64,000 nt of DNA, taken from the NCBI GenBank assembly GCA_050950765.1, contig JBMNIF010000001.1, positions 128,001 to 192,000 of the forward strand. The letters run 5' to 3'. A model generated the notes under the pieces. It was not told the DNA's origin. It made no database searches and saw only the letters and a program-made list of their open reading frames with translations. Origin of the DNA: Bdellovibrionota bacterium (lineage in GTDB: Bacteria; Bdellovibrionota_C; UBA2361; JAAYZI01). This document shows positions 9,948-20,744 of the stretch, in pieces. Both the position numbers and the translations under genes were made by a program. Position 1 is the stretch's first letter, and every line of letters begins with the position of its first letter.

Positions 9948-11504
9948 ATGGATATGGATCTAAAAAAGATTATACGTCCTTTGGGGATTCAAGACATAGT
10001 AATGCTTGTCGCCATAGTGAGTTTAACGTGTGTACAACTTAGTAGGGTGACATCGGATCCCGGTTTCGGTTGGCATTTAGCAACAGGCGATTGGATCATT
10101 AATAACTTAAAATTGCCCACTGAAGATCCGTTCCTATCAATTTCACGCCCTTGGATAGTGGAACAGTGGTTGGCAGAGGTAATAATGAGTGCCTCTTTTC
10201 GATTAGGAGGTTGGTCCGCTCTTTATCTGTTGACCATTATTGTGTACCTCTTTTCCTTCACGGTTCTGTTATACCATTTCGCTTCGCATATTGTTAAAGA
10301 TCTCTTGGCTGTATCATTAAGTTGCTTCTTAGCGTTTAAATTAGGGCAGGTACATTTTCTTTCCAGACCTGTAATGTTCAGTTTCCCCTGTTTTATTGTA
10401 GTCTGTTCTCAGATCTTTATCTTATTAAGGGCGATTAAAACAGGGCAAAGTGATGGTATTAAAAAAGCTTTTAATAAAGCTTACCTTTATATTCCTATAA
10501 CTCTTGCAGTGTGGGTTAATCTGCATCCGAGTTTTATGCTGGGGCTAGCTGTCTGTGTTTTGTTACCTCTAGCGCTAGTGCTTGACCGTATCATTTTGCA
10601 CGCTAAGATCGTTATTCCATATAAGTATATTACAATTCTATTGATACTTGCTTTTTGTGCTACATTACTTAATCCCTATGGTTTTAAACTACACTACCTT
10701 GCATTTTCAGTTAATAATAGTGAGTTTATAAAATCATTATTTAATGAGTGGCATAGTCCAAACTTTAGAGAGTACAGCGGAGTTCTTTTTGAAATCAGTA
10801 TCATGGCTTTACTTGGCAGCCTCTTTATCAGTCGTTGTAAAGGATTGCAATGGGGGTTCTTTGAGTTTTTACTTTTAACGGGTTTAGGATATGCAACTAT
10901 CAATTCTGTTAGAATGTTGCCGTATTTCGGTATCGCATTGGTTATCCCATTGGCAGAAGCCTTTTCTTCTGCTGTGACTCAACTCCTTGAGGGTAAATTA
11001 AAGATTATCGCAGTTGCTCTTAAAAATATCAGTAGAAAAGAAGCATTAACTTTACGAGGGAAAGGCATTTTTTATGCCTTTCTTATTATAAGTGTACTTT
11101 ACGCCTCTTTTTATCAAAAAGTTCTGTTTTATAATGGAGAGTTTGGTCCAGAACAGGAAAAATATCCGTATAAAGCTTTAGACCTGATTAAGGTTCGTGA
11201 AAGAGATAGCGCGCGCACTGTTGTTGCGGCTATTATGAATTGGGGTGGTTTTATTACGTGGTATGGAGAAGGACGGATAAAAGCTATTATAGATGATAGA
11301 AGCGCTTTATTGGGAGAGACTTTTATCAAGAGGTATCTCAAGGAGATAGAAGGTGGCAAGAATTGGCGCGATCTGTTGAAAGAGTTTGAGGCAAAGTATC
11401 TTTTATTAGAACCTGAATCTACTTTTGCAAAAGAGTTAAAAAGCGATGCACCCGAAAGTGTTTTGTATGAAGACGACCATTCAATTCTATTTTATGGCTT
11501 GTGA
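9948..11504 (+). CDS. Polytopic membrane protein, probable GT-C-fold glycosyltransferase
   Basis: More than 10 TM segments; D.GWHLATG.WI...DPF, WVNLH, NPYG, EW.SP motifs. Confidence 0.6.
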   Translation: MDMDLKKIIRPLGIQDIVMLVAIVSLTCVQLSRVTSDPGFGWHLATGDWIINNLKLPTEDPFLSISRPWIVEQWLAEVIMSASFRLGGWSALYLLTIIVYLFSFTVLLYHFASHIVKDLLAVSLSCFLAFKLGQVHFLSRPVMFSFPCFIVVCSQIFILLRAIKTGQSDGIKKAFNKAYLYIPITLAVWVNLHPSFMLGLAVCVLLPLALVLDRIILHAKIVIPYKYITILLILAFCATLLNPYGFKLHYLAFSVNNSEFIKSLFNEWHSPNFREYSGVLFEISIMALLGSLFISRCKGLQWGFFEFLLLTGLGYATINSVRMLPYFGIALVIPLAEAFSSAVTQLLEGKLKIIAVALKNISRKEALTLRGKGIFYAFLIISVLYASFYQKVLFYNGEFGPEQEKYPYKALDLIKVRERDSARTVVAAIMNWGGFITWYGEGRIKAIIDDRSALLGETFIKRYLKEIEGGKNWRDLLKEFEAKYLLLEPESTFAKELKSDAPESVLYEDDHSILFYGL

Positions 11505-11536
11505 TCATTCGAATATCTTAGGGTGCTTTACAAAGG

Positions 11537-11572
11537 GACCGCTCGGCTTTTCTTTTTAAGTACCGAGCGGTC
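11537..11572. terminator. Probable terminator hairpin between convergent genes
   Basis: GACCGCTCGG...CCGAGCGGTC perfect 10-bp stem. Confidence 0.7.
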
Positions 11573-11579
11573 TTTACTA

Positions 11580-12722
11580 CTAGCGGTGTTGCTGCATAAA
11601 TTCGCGTAGTGCCGACTCAATATCTTGAATGATGACAGTATGAGTTTTCTTCTTACTCCCTGCCTCTCGTTTAAAGGCGTTTAATCCGGCTTGCTGGCAG
11701 ATGGCCTTTATATCTGCTCCAGATTTTCCTTCAGTGAAGTGTGCCAGAGCTGGTAAATCGACCTTATCTTCGAGTGGCAATTTTTGAAGATACAGTGCAA
11801 AGAGTTGTATTCTAGCTTCAAAATCAGGTAGCGGAATTTCTATTACTTTATTAAGTCTACCGGCACGTTTTAAGGCATCATCGACTAATTCAGCACGGTT
11901 AGTTGCTGCGATAATATAGAGCCCCCTTGTTTTTACAACACCATCAATCAACTGTAAGAGGTGATTAAGTAAGTTGTCAGCCCACTGTTCGTTACTACTG
12001 CTGCGACCACGACCGATAGAATCAACTTCATCAATAAAGATAATAGCGGGAGCGTGTTTTTTGGCAGCATTAAACAAACGAGTCAGATTCTTTTCTGATT
12101 CGCCCACCCACTTTGAAACGATCTGATCGGTTGAGAGTACAAAGAAATTCATTCCGGCTTCATTAGCCATAACTTTAGCAATAGTGGTTTTTCCTGTACC
12201 TGGAGGTCCCGTAAAAAGAATCCCTTTGGGCAGATCGATACCGTATTTTTGAGTCTCTTTCGGATCTCTTAGGAGGTGTGCAACTGAGATTAATTCAGCC
12301 TTTAAATCATTCCCGATAATAATATCGTCCCATGTTAACCGTTCAATGGCAGCATTAACAGGAGTTGGAAGGGGGGCATTATCGCGAGAGCGATCGGGAG
12401 AAGCGCCTGCTGTGTAATTAGCAACAATATTCAAAACTCTTTTTTGATAAGAGATCGTTAAAAAGGTGAAGATGATAGGGATGATGTGTAAAATGATTAG
12501 TAATATTTCATCGTTGCTGGCATTAGGAAGAACTCTTACGCCCTTAACAATAATTATGGCAGCAATTATGATGCAGACGGCACGTAAGAAAAAATCAAAA
12601 CTTTGTAGTTTATTAAAATCATACCAATATTTAAAATGTACAATAAAGTACAGAAAGGGCAGAGACATTAATATCAGTAATGTCAGGTGTGAAAAGCGGA
12701 GTGAGTAGATATAGTTCATCAT
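11580..12722 (-). CDS. Membrane-anchored AAA+ ATPase (FtsH/Cdc48-type module, no protease domain)
   Basis: GPPGTGKT, IFIDEVD, AATNR, RAGR; three N-terminal TM helices; no HExxH. Confidence 0.88.
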   Translation of the reverse strand: MMNYIYSLRFSHLTLLILMSLPFLYFIVHFKYWYDFNKLQSFDFFLRAVCIIIAAIIIVKGVRVLPNASNDEILLIILHIIPIIFTFLTISYQKRVLNIVANYTAGASPDRSRDNAPLPTPVNAAIERLTWDDIIIGNDLKAELISVAHLLRDPKETQKYGIDLPKGILFTGPPGTGKTTIAKVMANEAGMNFFVLSTDQIVSKWVGESEKNLTRLFNAAKKHAPAIIFIDEVDSIGRGRSSSNEQWADNLLNHLLQLIDGVVKTRGLYIIAATNRAELVDDALKRAGRLNKVIEIPLPDFEARIQLFALYLQKLPLEDKVDLPALAHFTEGKSGADIKAICQQAGLNAFKREAGSKKKTHTVIIQDIESALREFMQQHR

Positions 12723-12968
12723 GGCGTACTTTTATAGTTTCAAGCGCTTATCTTTTATGTACAAGTAGACGATAAGTTAAGAGCTCCTTATTTAAATATC
12801 ATAATCGGGAAAATAGTTGTGAGTAAATACAGCAAAAAGGGGCTTAGTGTATTGTTATGCGGCAATTGCTAGCGGGGGAATCGTAATTTTTAATAAATGA
12901 GGTTTCAGAATTGTTCTAAGCTATGATAAGTTATTGTAAGAGTTGTTTATTTTAAGGATTTTAGAAGG

Positions 12969-14153
12969 TTGGAAGAGATATCTGATAGACAAGAGGAAAG
13001 TCGTTTACAAAACGTTGATGTTATCACTCTAAATGGAAAAACTATATTTTTAGTGGGAACGGCGCACGTTAGTAAGCAGAGCGTTGAGCTGGTTGATGAA
13101 GTTATTTCAAAAGAAGTCCCTGATGCAGTAACTGTGGAGCTGTGTGAATCACGTTATAAGTCGTTACAAGATCCTGATCGTTGGAAAAATATGGATCTTT
13201 ATTCTGTGATTAAAGAGGGGAAGGCTTACGTTTTAATGGCGCAGTTGGCACTTGCTGCTTTTCAAAAAAAACTCGGGCAGCACCTTGATGTAGCTCCAGG
13301 GGCAGAGATGATGCAAGCCATTAATGCAGCAAAGCGAGAAGAGATTAATGCAGAGATTGTGTTGGCTGATCGTGATATTAAAACGACACTAAGGCGTACT
13401 TGGAGCGCCTTAGGACTGTGGTCGATGTTGAAAGTGATCGGATCAACAATAAACGGAATGTTTACAAGTGAAAAATTTGATGAAGATGATATCGAGAGGT
13501 TAAAATCGGCAGATGCACTTGATGAACTGATGAAAGATTTTTCAAAAGCGCTTCCTGATGTTAGGACTGCGCTGATTGATGAAAGAGACCAATATTTAGC
13601 TGCTAAAATCGCAGAAGCTCCAGGCAAAAAGATCGTTGCCGTTGTTGGAGCGGGGCATGTAGCGGGGATTAAAAAATGGATCGATAAAAAAATCGATACG
13701 GAAGCGTTAGAGGTTATTCCACCGCCTAAATTGTTAACACGCATCATAGGTTGGGGCATACCGCTATTACTAGTTGCGTTGATTGCTTATGGATTTATAG
13801 ATGGCGGAATGGAGCAGGGAATAGAAAAGATTTATATCTGGCTTGCGGTTACTTCTATTACGGCAGCTTTCGGATCTATTTTAGCGCTTGCTCATCCCTT
13901 AACGGTTTTAACATCTTTTATAGTAGCACCCCTTACTACTATTCATCCACTTTTAGCTTCAGGTTGGTTTGCTGGATTAGCAGAAGCTTCTATCAGAAAG
14001 CCGAGGGTGAGCGATCTTGAGAATATAGCAGAAGATGTAACGACGCTTAAAGGTGTTTGGAGGAATCGAGTTAGTAAGATCCTTTTAGTGGTGATCTTAA
14101 CTAATTTAACGGGAAGTTTAGGGACTTTTTTAGCTCTTTATCTCTTGAGTTAG
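12969..14153 (+). CDS. TraB/PrgY (pheromone-shutdown) family protein
   Basis: VGTAHVS, VELC..R, PGAEM, LADR, DERD, VVGAGH; C-terminal TM helices. Confidence 0.9.
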   Translation: MEEISDRQEESRLQNVDVITLNGKTIFLVGTAHVSKQSVELVDEVISKEVPDAVTVELCESRYKSLQDPDRWKNMDLYSVIKEGKAYVLMAQLALAAFQKKLGQHLDVAPGAEMMQAINAAKREEINAEIVLADRDIKTTLRRTWSALGLWSMLKVIGSTINGMFTSEKFDEDDIERLKSADALDELMKDFSKALPDVRTALIDERDQYLAAKIAEAPGKKIVAVVGAGHVAGIKKWIDKKIDTEALEVIPPPKLLTRIIGWGIPLLLVALIAYGFIDGGMEQGIEKIYIWLAVTSITAAFGSILALAHPLTVLTSFIVAPLTTIHPLLASGWFAGLAEASIRKPRVSDLENIAEDVTTLKGVWRNRVSKILLVVILTNLTGSLGTFLALYLLS

Positions 14154-14174
14154 GGGGAGTCGAATTTATTTAAA

Positions 14175-14293
14175 ATATAGGTGAGGTCAAATTGCGTTAA
14201 ACTTGTGAGGGTTTTTTTGCAAAGGGTAGTATTACTAGACCTTAAAGTGTTTTTAGATATAGGTGAGGTCAAATTGCGTTAAACTTGTGAGGG
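14175..14293. repeat. Two perfect 37-bp direct repeats separated by 45 bp
   Basis: ATATAGGTGAGGTCAAATTGCGTTAAACTTGTGAGGG at 14175-14211 and 14257-14293. Confidence 0.9.
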
Positions 14294-14306
14294 AGTGAGA
14301 CTAATA

Positions 14307-14756
14307 TTAAGCTGCTACAGTAAGAGGAGCTCCTTTTCCTTCTCCGTTATATTTAAAAACGTTATCTTTTGGGTGACTAGTAATTTTTCCTTTGCCGTTC
14401 CCCCTGTATGTCGGAACGATATAGAGTGGAAACCCATCAAAATTAACAACACCGTCATGAAATGTAAGGGTTATATTTGCATGACCTTTGCCATTCTCTA
14501 ATACGATGGGATTATTTACTGAAATTTTTATAAGATCAGGGTGTTTTAGGCCGGTAGCTAGTTTTACTCCATCGACAGGGTTATTTTCACTATCGATAAG
14601 TGTCATCTTTGGAGTAACAGTAAAGGTGCCTGAGATCTCCTCCGCTAATGATGGCTTGTGCATAGCACAGAGAGTTATATTCTTATTACGATTGGGGTGA
14701 AAATCGAAACGAGTAGCACCTGAATGATTTGAAGAAACTGCATTATTTTGTGTCAT
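14307..14756 (-). CDS. Hypothetical protein (beta-rich)
   Basis: 149-aa ORF with AGAGG RBS upstream. Confidence 0.55.
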   Translation of the reverse strand: MTQNNAVSSNHSGATRFDFHPNRNKNITLCAMHKPSLAEEISGTFTVTPKMTLIDSENNPVDGVKLATGLKHPDLIKISVNNPIVLENGKGHANITLTFHDGVVNFDGFPLYIVPTYRGNGKGKITSHPKDNVFKYNGEGKGAPLTVAA

Positions 14757-14948
14757 AAAACCTCTTTAAATTACCTTTTAAGGTGTGCCGCAAATTTGTT
14801 TTTTAGTAATGAGATGATAGTGGATAAGGCACTCCCCCTGTATATAGATCTTAATTGAAGCTAGTTTTGATCCTTTATTAATTTAAATTTTCTTTCTTTC
14901 CTGACTTAGTGATTTAATAATGTAAAAATATCCAGTAAAATAGAGATA

Positions 14949-15644
14949 TTAACAGTGTGCACGCCACTCCTTTTGAATGTTTATACCTGCTAGCTCTTCA
15001 GTAATAAAACTTATTTTATTTAAAAGGTCATCTTTTTGTAGAGGTTTAACGGTCTTATTTTTTAAATTTTCCGCTGTGATGGAGATATTAAGATCCTCCT
15101 TACAACAAGATATTTGAAGTGTTTGAGTCACGATTGGTGCAAACCCGAGCGATGCGAAGAAGCAACGACTTTGGAAAACTTCCAATCCTAAACGGAGTGT
15201 GTTGATCTTTAATGGGAAGACTCGTCCCAACTGTCCTACGGAGAGGTAATCAGGGAGTTCTGAAGAACGGATAATCTTTGTGCGGTGTTTAATATGGTGA
15301 TTTCCTTCAAAAGAGTCGAATTCTGAAAGGATCTGCAAGGTAAAATCCACATACACCGTTTGCTCTGAATCTGGATCATCATCTAGTATTTGTGTTTGCG
15401 GCGCTTCTCCTGATACGTAAAAGATCTCTTCTAATAGCTCTTCAGAACCTTTTGCAACGGGGAAATCCTTACCCTTTAAATCTAATAAGATACCGCCACT
15501 AAGAGTTGGAGCAGGTAGGATAACATTAAGGATATAATCTGTTAAACGTGCAATACCGCTAGGTTTTATTTTGGAATGAAGTTGATATTCAGCATTGTAA
15601 CCACCGAAGATAAACTGTTTTTTGAAGTTTAGTGTGGAATTCAT
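14949..15644 (-). CDS. Hypothetical protein
   Basis: 231-aa ORF, no recognised motif. Confidence 0.6.
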   Translation of the reverse strand: MNSTLNFKKQFIFGGYNAEYQLHSKIKPSGIARLTDYILNVILPAPTLSGGILLDLKGKDFPVAKGSEELLEEIFYVSGEAPQTQILDDDPDSEQTVYVDFTLQILSEFDSFEGNHHIKHRTKIIRSSELPDYLSVGQLGRVFPLKINTLRLGLEVFQSRCFFASLGFAPIVTQTLQISCCKEDLNISITAENLKNKTVKPLQKDDLLNKISFITEELAGINIQKEWRAHC

Positions 15645-15939
15645 AGGGTAATATTCTTTAGTAGTTAGAAAGCGCTACCTTTGTAACAATTTAAAGGTGT
15701 TTTCAGAAGAGGGAAAAGCTTCTCTTATACCGTTCTTTTTTAGAAGAGATGCTTCACTTTCTAAGTTAATACTGCGAAAAATCTGCATTTTGTAAAAATA
15801 TCCATTTTAAGAAACATTTTGCAAAAATTAGCGAAAGAACCTCAAGTTTCCTCAAAAAGTAATAAAAAAGTCATTTTTTTTTGCTTAGGATATTTGTAAA
15901 GAGTATCCTGCTTTAGTCGCTTTTTCTTAGAAACCTTAT

Positions 15940-17376
15940 ATGGAGGACGGCGGGATGTTGACGCTGTTTGTTGTTGATAAAAGTGCAGAAGCGCGTACAA
16001 GGTTGGTTGAAAAGATAAATGCTTTTTTGCAAAGTGATATCTCACTACTATCTTTTCTTCCTCAAATTAGTGTAAAGCCGCTCTCACTTGAAGAGCTTAA
16101 ATTTCATGCAGCTCCTGATTTATGTATTCTTGGAGATGAGCTTTTAAATGATGATATCTTTGAGATAGGAAAAATCAGAAAACAGATTCCTAGTGCAACG
16201 TTGCTGATTTGGTTAAGCTCTGAAGTTCAGGATTTTTCAGTTATTGAGCAGTTAGCTGGGATGGGGGTGGACGACACCTTAAATGCTAATTTAACTCCTC
16301 TAGAATTCGCTAAAAAATTAGTGCTCATAGCAGGGCGTAAAAAAAATGTAAAACACCACAGTAAGATGATAGTTGTCACATCTGGTAAAGGTGGTGTTGG
16401 TACTACCAGTATTGCCGCTGCTTTGGGGGAAGGTTTAGCGACTAACGGTTATTCAACGTTAGTTGTAGACTTTGATTGTGAAACACAAGATTTAAGTCGC
16501 TTTTTGCAAGCACGTCCTTTTCTTAATGAAAATTTACAAGGAATCTTTGATAGGACGAAAGCGATTACAAAAGAATCAATAGAAGAGTGTCTCGTTCAGA
16601 TTTGGGAAGAAGAAAAACGTTTTAAGTGCATGACTCCCATTTTAGAAAATGAGGCTTTATATGATCCGAATGCTTCTTATTCACGCACATTATTGTCTGT
16701 CTTGGAGGTCTTAGACGGTATCTTTGATTTTGTAGTAATCGATAGCGCTGCTGTAAAAGGTAATATCTTGCGAACTTTGATTAGAGTAGCGGATGAATTG
16801 ATTTTCGTAATTAACAATGATCCAGCTGCATTGTATGCAGGGGTTAATCGATTGGTGCAATATAGAAGTTGGTTATCTGCTGAAGCTTCTTTAACGTTAG
16901 TTGAGAATGCACCTCTCCGCAAAGGGCTAGCTTCAACATTTTTAAGAAGAGAGTTTCAAGATGCTGCGCAATTAGGGATGGATCATACATTTATCTCTAT
17001 TCCGCACTGTCATGCCGGATCAAGATGGCCTGCTTCGGGCGGAACTTTGTACAGCACCTCATCGAGCCGAACCATTAAAGCTTTACGCACTTTAGTTGAT
17101 CGTATGATCCCGCCGGAATTGAAGCAGGAAAGAGCCGGATTTCTACCTGCTTTACAGACAATAATAAGACGTTCAAACGTTAGGTTGGCAGAGCCGAGCG
17201 TTGCTTCTGAAAAGAAAAAGGTTATTGAAATATCTGAACTCCGTAAGGATTTAAAAGCCCTTCCTGCACCGTTGTTGCAAATCACTGAAAAAGAAAAAGA
17301 AGAGATAGAAATTGTGCCAGCAGCAGATAGCGATATCAGATCTCTTGTTTCAGGAGCACAACTTTTTAGTAACTGA
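15940..17376 (+). CDS. cpaE: CpaE/TadZ-like pilus assembly ATPase (receiver-like N-domain plus MinD/ParA domain)
   Basis: SGKGGVGTTS, VVDFD, VVIDS; first gene of the Tad cluster. Confidence 0.8.
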   Translation: MEDGGMLTLFVVDKSAEARTRLVEKINAFLQSDISLLSFLPQISVKPLSLEELKFHAAPDLCILGDELLNDDIFEIGKIRKQIPSATLLIWLSSEVQDFSVIEQLAGMGVDDTLNANLTPLEFAKKLVLIAGRKKNVKHHSKMIVVTSGKGGVGTTSIAAALGEGLATNGYSTLVVDFDCETQDLSRFLQARPFLNENLQGIFDRTKAITKESIEECLVQIWEEEKRFKCMTPILENEALYDPNASYSRTLLSVLEVLDGIFDFVVIDSAAVKGNILRTLIRVADELIFVINNDPAALYAGVNRLVQYRSWLSAEASLTLVENAPLRKGLASTFLRREFQDAAQLGMDHTFISIPHCHAGSRWPASGGTLYSTSSSRTIKALRTLVDRMIPPELKQERAGFLPALQTIIRRSNVRLAEPSVASEKKKVIEISELRKDLKALPAPLLQITEKEKEEIEIVPAADSDIRSLVSGAQLFSN

Positions 17377-17398
17377 TTTTTATTTTTAACTATATTTC

Positions 17399-17614
17399 AT
17401 GGAGATGAAAAAAATGACTAAAGTAAATGAAAAAGAAAGAAAAATTCGGAGCAAAAAAGAGGCAGCTTATACGTTGCTTGAATATTGTGCCGGTGCTGCT
17501 GTCATAGCAGGTATTGTATGGGTTGCTGTGTCTGCACTTGGCAGCAATTTAGGTGACCTCTTAGGCGCTATCGGTGAATGGGCAACAACGCGTGCTACTG
17601 AAATTCGTGGATAA
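17399..17614 (+). CDS. flp: Flp/Fap type IVb pilin
   Basis: Basic leader, TLLEY motif, hydrophobic helix; upstream of cpaB. Confidence 0.8.
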   Translation: MEMKKMTKVNEKERKIRSKKEAAYTLLEYCAGAAVIAGIVWVAVSALGSNLGDLLGAIGEWATTRATEIRG

Positions 17615-17637
17615 TCGCTTTTTAAGGAGAGGTAGAG

Positions 17638-18534
17638 GTGGCAGTTCGTTCAGCAGCAAAAGGTAGTTCAAGACGGCAACGCAATCGTTCATCTTTAGGT
17701 GGATCTATTGTAATTGCAATAGCATTTATTATCGGAGCTCATATTATTGCCGATAAAAATAAGAATGTAGAGGTTAAAGCAGTAGAACCGACTATTGTTG
17801 CAGAGTATGACACGGTTGATGTTCCTGTTCCGGTGGAAACTGTTCCGAGTGGTACGAAAGTAAAGGATATTGTAACGAAAGTTGTTAAATATCCGAGACA
17901 CCAGATCCCTTCTGGTGCGTTATTAACATTAGCATCCGTTCAAGATGCTGTAACAACAACGATGCTTCCTGCCAATCTTCCGCTTTTCCGCGAAAATTTA
18001 AGTATTGGAGTACATGCAGGTAATCCGGTTATTGAACAGATCCCACTAGGGATGCGTGCGATTACCATGCGAGTTGATGCTACTTCAGCCGTAGAAGGGT
18101 GGGCAGGTTCCGGTTCTATCGTAGACGTTTTGCTCGTAGAGAAAGACAGAACGAGTGTTATTGCGGAGCAGGTGCGGATCCTTTCAGCAGAACGTGTTGT
18201 AACACCCCTTGAAAATGTTTCCACTCCTCAGGTTCCAAGCACTGTCACACTCTTAGTAACGCAACAACAGGCGCTGGCTTTAACAACAGCAGTCCCGCGT
18301 GGTCGAATCGCTTTTGCTTTAAGGAGTAAAAAAGATGAAGAGAACTGGCAGGATAAGAATTTCACACCTGATAAGTTGCACGGTCGTACTTTAAATACTG
18401 CGGTTAAAGTAGATGTTAAAGGATTTGTGTCTGTTAAAACTGATAGTGGTGAGAAAAAATTCGCTCTAACTGATGACGGTTGGATCCCTTCAGAGGTAAC
18501 ACCTAAAGGTTTTATGATACCGATGGAGTTTTAA
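17638..18534 (+). CDS. cpaB: Flp pilus assembly protein CpaB/RcpC
   Basis: SAF-like domain, GMRAIT..VD...VEGW...GSIVDVLL, VTLLVT, ALR. Confidence 0.9.
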   Translation: MAVRSAAKGSSRRQRNRSSLGGSIVIAIAFIIGAHIIADKNKNVEVKAVEPTIVAEYDTVDVPVPVETVPSGTKVKDIVTKVVKYPRHQIPSGALLTLASVQDAVTTTMLPANLPLFRENLSIGVHAGNPVIEQIPLGMRAITMRVDATSAVEGWAGSGSIVDVLLVEKDRTSVIAEQVRILSAERVVTPLENVSTPQVPSTVTLLVTQQQALALTTAVPRGRIAFALRSKKDEENWQDKNFTPDKLHGRTLNTAVKVDVKGFVSVKTDSGEKKFALTDDGWIPSEVTPKGFMIPMEF

Positions 18535-18539
18535 CAGAT

Positions 18540-19877
18540 ATGCAAAAGTTTAATTTGGCACTATTAGATGATGTACACTCTGTTAATCAGCAGGTTATTC
18601 CGATAAAAACTGCTATCCATCGCCGTCAATTATCTGCGGCGTTGCTGCATATTTTACAAGAAACGCAGCGGGAGTTGGGATGTCTTGGTGATGAAAATTT
18701 TATTCCAACAGGGCAAGAAGTAAGTGCTGTTTTGGCAAAGGTCTCAACACGACTCGGATTTGATCTCTCAACTTTTGAAAGAGACCAGATACTAGCTTTT
18801 ATTGAAACAGATAAGAAGCCGTTCGGACTTTTGCAGCCGTTAGTAGAAGATCGAAGAATTACAGATATTATCGTAACTGATTATTCTAAAGTTACTATTC
18901 AGCAAGGACGCAAAAATTTAAATACAGATATCGTTTTCCCCAGTCAAGAAGCTTACGAAGCATTTGTTGAAAGACTTTTAAAAAAAGCTGGTGCAACTGT
19001 TTCTACAAAAAAACCGATTGCTGATGGCATGATTGGATCTTTTGCACGTATTCATGCCGTGCATAAATCTTTATGTGAAGGTGGACCTTATTTAACAATC
19101 AGATTGAATCGATTCTCAGAAGTGGTTTGCGCTGACCTGATTAAAAACGGTTTGGCGCCGCAAGAGATCTTTGATTATTTGCAAAGTGTTGTAAGGGGTG
19201 GGCATACAGTATTGGTTGTCGGTGAAGTTGCTACTGGTAAGACTACACTAACTCGTGCTTTGGCAGCTTCTGTTCCTCAAGATGAATCAATTTTAGTTAT
19301 TGAGGATACCCCTGAAATAAAATTATCACATCCGCATGTTCGTTACATCCGTACTAGAGAAGCAAATACTGATGGTGCTGGAAGAGTTTCTCCAGGGGAA
19401 TGTATCAGAGCTGGTATGCGTATGGCTATGAATCGTATCATATTTGGAGAGATGCGCGATGCTGAAGCTGCCGAGTCATTTATAGATGTGTGTGCATCGG
19501 GACATCCAGGATTATCCACAATTCACGCCAAAAGTAGTTTAGAAGCGATAAGTCGTTTAGAGCTTTTCTTAGGACGTGCACAAAAAGGTGTTTCTGCTGA
19601 TGTTATAGCAAGACAAATTTCAAAAGCTGTGCAGGTCATAGTGCATATCAATATATGCCCACTTAGTGGACGCCGCCGCATTATGGAAGTAAGAGAGATC
19701 GGTGCTGTTGCGGATGGTGCTTTACGCCAAAAAGAGATTTTTAAATATGAAGCTACAACAGGTCAGTTGGGGTGGCGGGTTATGTGCAAGGTAAGTAATT
19801 ACCGTGATGCTTTAGAGAATGGTGCAGAACCTGTTTTGTTAAGTAAGTTCCCATCTTTCTTAGTGGCAACGGTGTAA
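18540..19877 (+). CDS. cpaF: Tad pilus ATPase CpaF/TadA
   Basis: Walker A GEVATGKTT, IEDTPE, IIFGEMR, GHPGLSTIHA. Confidence 0.92.
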   Translation: MQKFNLALLDDVHSVNQQVIPIKTAIHRRQLSAALLHILQETQRELGCLGDENFIPTGQEVSAVLAKVSTRLGFDLSTFERDQILAFIETDKKPFGLLQPLVEDRRITDIIVTDYSKVTIQQGRKNLNTDIVFPSQEAYEAFVERLLKKAGATVSTKKPIADGMIGSFARIHAVHKSLCEGGPYLTIRLNRFSEVVCADLIKNGLAPQEIFDYLQSVVRGGHTVLVVGEVATGKTTLTRALAASVPQDESILVIEDTPEIKLSHPHVRYIRTREANTDGAGRVSPGECIRAGMRMAMNRIIFGEMRDAEAAESFIDVCASGHPGLSTIHAKSSLEAISRLELFLGRAQKGVSADVIARQISKAVQVIVHINICPLSGRRRIMEVREIGAVADGALRQKEIFKYEATTGQLGWRVMCKVSNYRDALENGAEPVLLSKFPSFLVATV

Positions 19878-19891
19878 ATTAAAAATCGGAG

Positions 19892-20743
19892 TTGTTAATG
19901 TTTTTTAGTTCTCGACGCGATATAGAAAATTTGGCGCATGAATTATTGCATGGCACTCCTGACTTTCGAGACAACTTTGAAAAAAAAGATCCGGCGCTGC
20001 AAGGTGTTTTAAAGGAGCTCTTTTATTATACTGGATTGCAGCAGAGCGAGATAAAAAAATATCTCAGACATATTATTTTTGTAGTTCTTGCTATCATTCT
20101 TTTTGTAATTATTGTCGGACGCTTCGAGCTGTTGCTAGCAGTTCCTATTTATGTAGCCATTGAATACCTTTTATTGCAGCGAATTGCTTGGAAACGAACA
20201 GAAGATTTTGAACGCGATTATGTGCCGTTCTTACTCTCCTTAGCTTCCGGAGTTCGTACGGGTATGGATCCTTTTGTTGCAATCTGTGAATGCGGCAGCC
20301 TCTTTCCTAGCACATCATCTCTTAGAAAAGAGGTCTCCGATCTGCAAGAAAAAGTTTCAAGAGGTGTTTCTGAAGATACTGCTGTTAGAGAGTTTGCCGC
20401 ATCTATTTTACACCCTGATATTCAGCTTTTTAGAAGCACTTTTATCTTGGCTAGGAGGGAAGGCTCTTCTCTGGGTGATAGCCTGCGCAGGTTAGGAAGG
20501 GTAACACGTCAGAGACAATCGTTTAGACGAAAGTTGAAAGGCGCTCTCGCCATGCAACGCCTTTCAGCTATCGGAATTACGGGCTGTGCGGTGCTTATCG
20601 GTTTGTTACAGGCGGTAACTAATATAGATGCTTTAAAAGATGCTTTTAATCATCCTCTCGGATCTCTTGCTATGATGTTTGGCGTGGGTTTAATTGCGTT
20701 GGGGCTTGTTTGGATGCTGTATCTTTCACGGAGGAGGATCTGA
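19892..20743 (+). CDS. tadB: TadB-like T2SSF membrane protein
   Basis: T2SSF-type helices (LASGVRTG, REGSSLGDSL); follows cpaF. Confidence 0.8.
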   Translation: MLMFFSSRRDIENLAHELLHGTPDFRDNFEKKDPALQGVLKELFYYTGLQQSEIKKYLRHIIFVVLAIILFVIIVGRFELLLAVPIYVAIEYLLLQRIAWKRTEDFERDYVPFLLSLASGVRTGMDPFVAICECGSLFPSTSSLRKEVSDLQEKVSRGVSEDTAVREFAASILHPDIQLFRSTFILARREGSSLGDSLRRLGRVTRQRQSFRRKLKGALAMQRLSAIGITGCAVLIGLLQAVTNIDALKDAFNHPLGSLAMMFGVGLIALGLVWMLYLSRRRI

Positions 20744-20744
20744 G

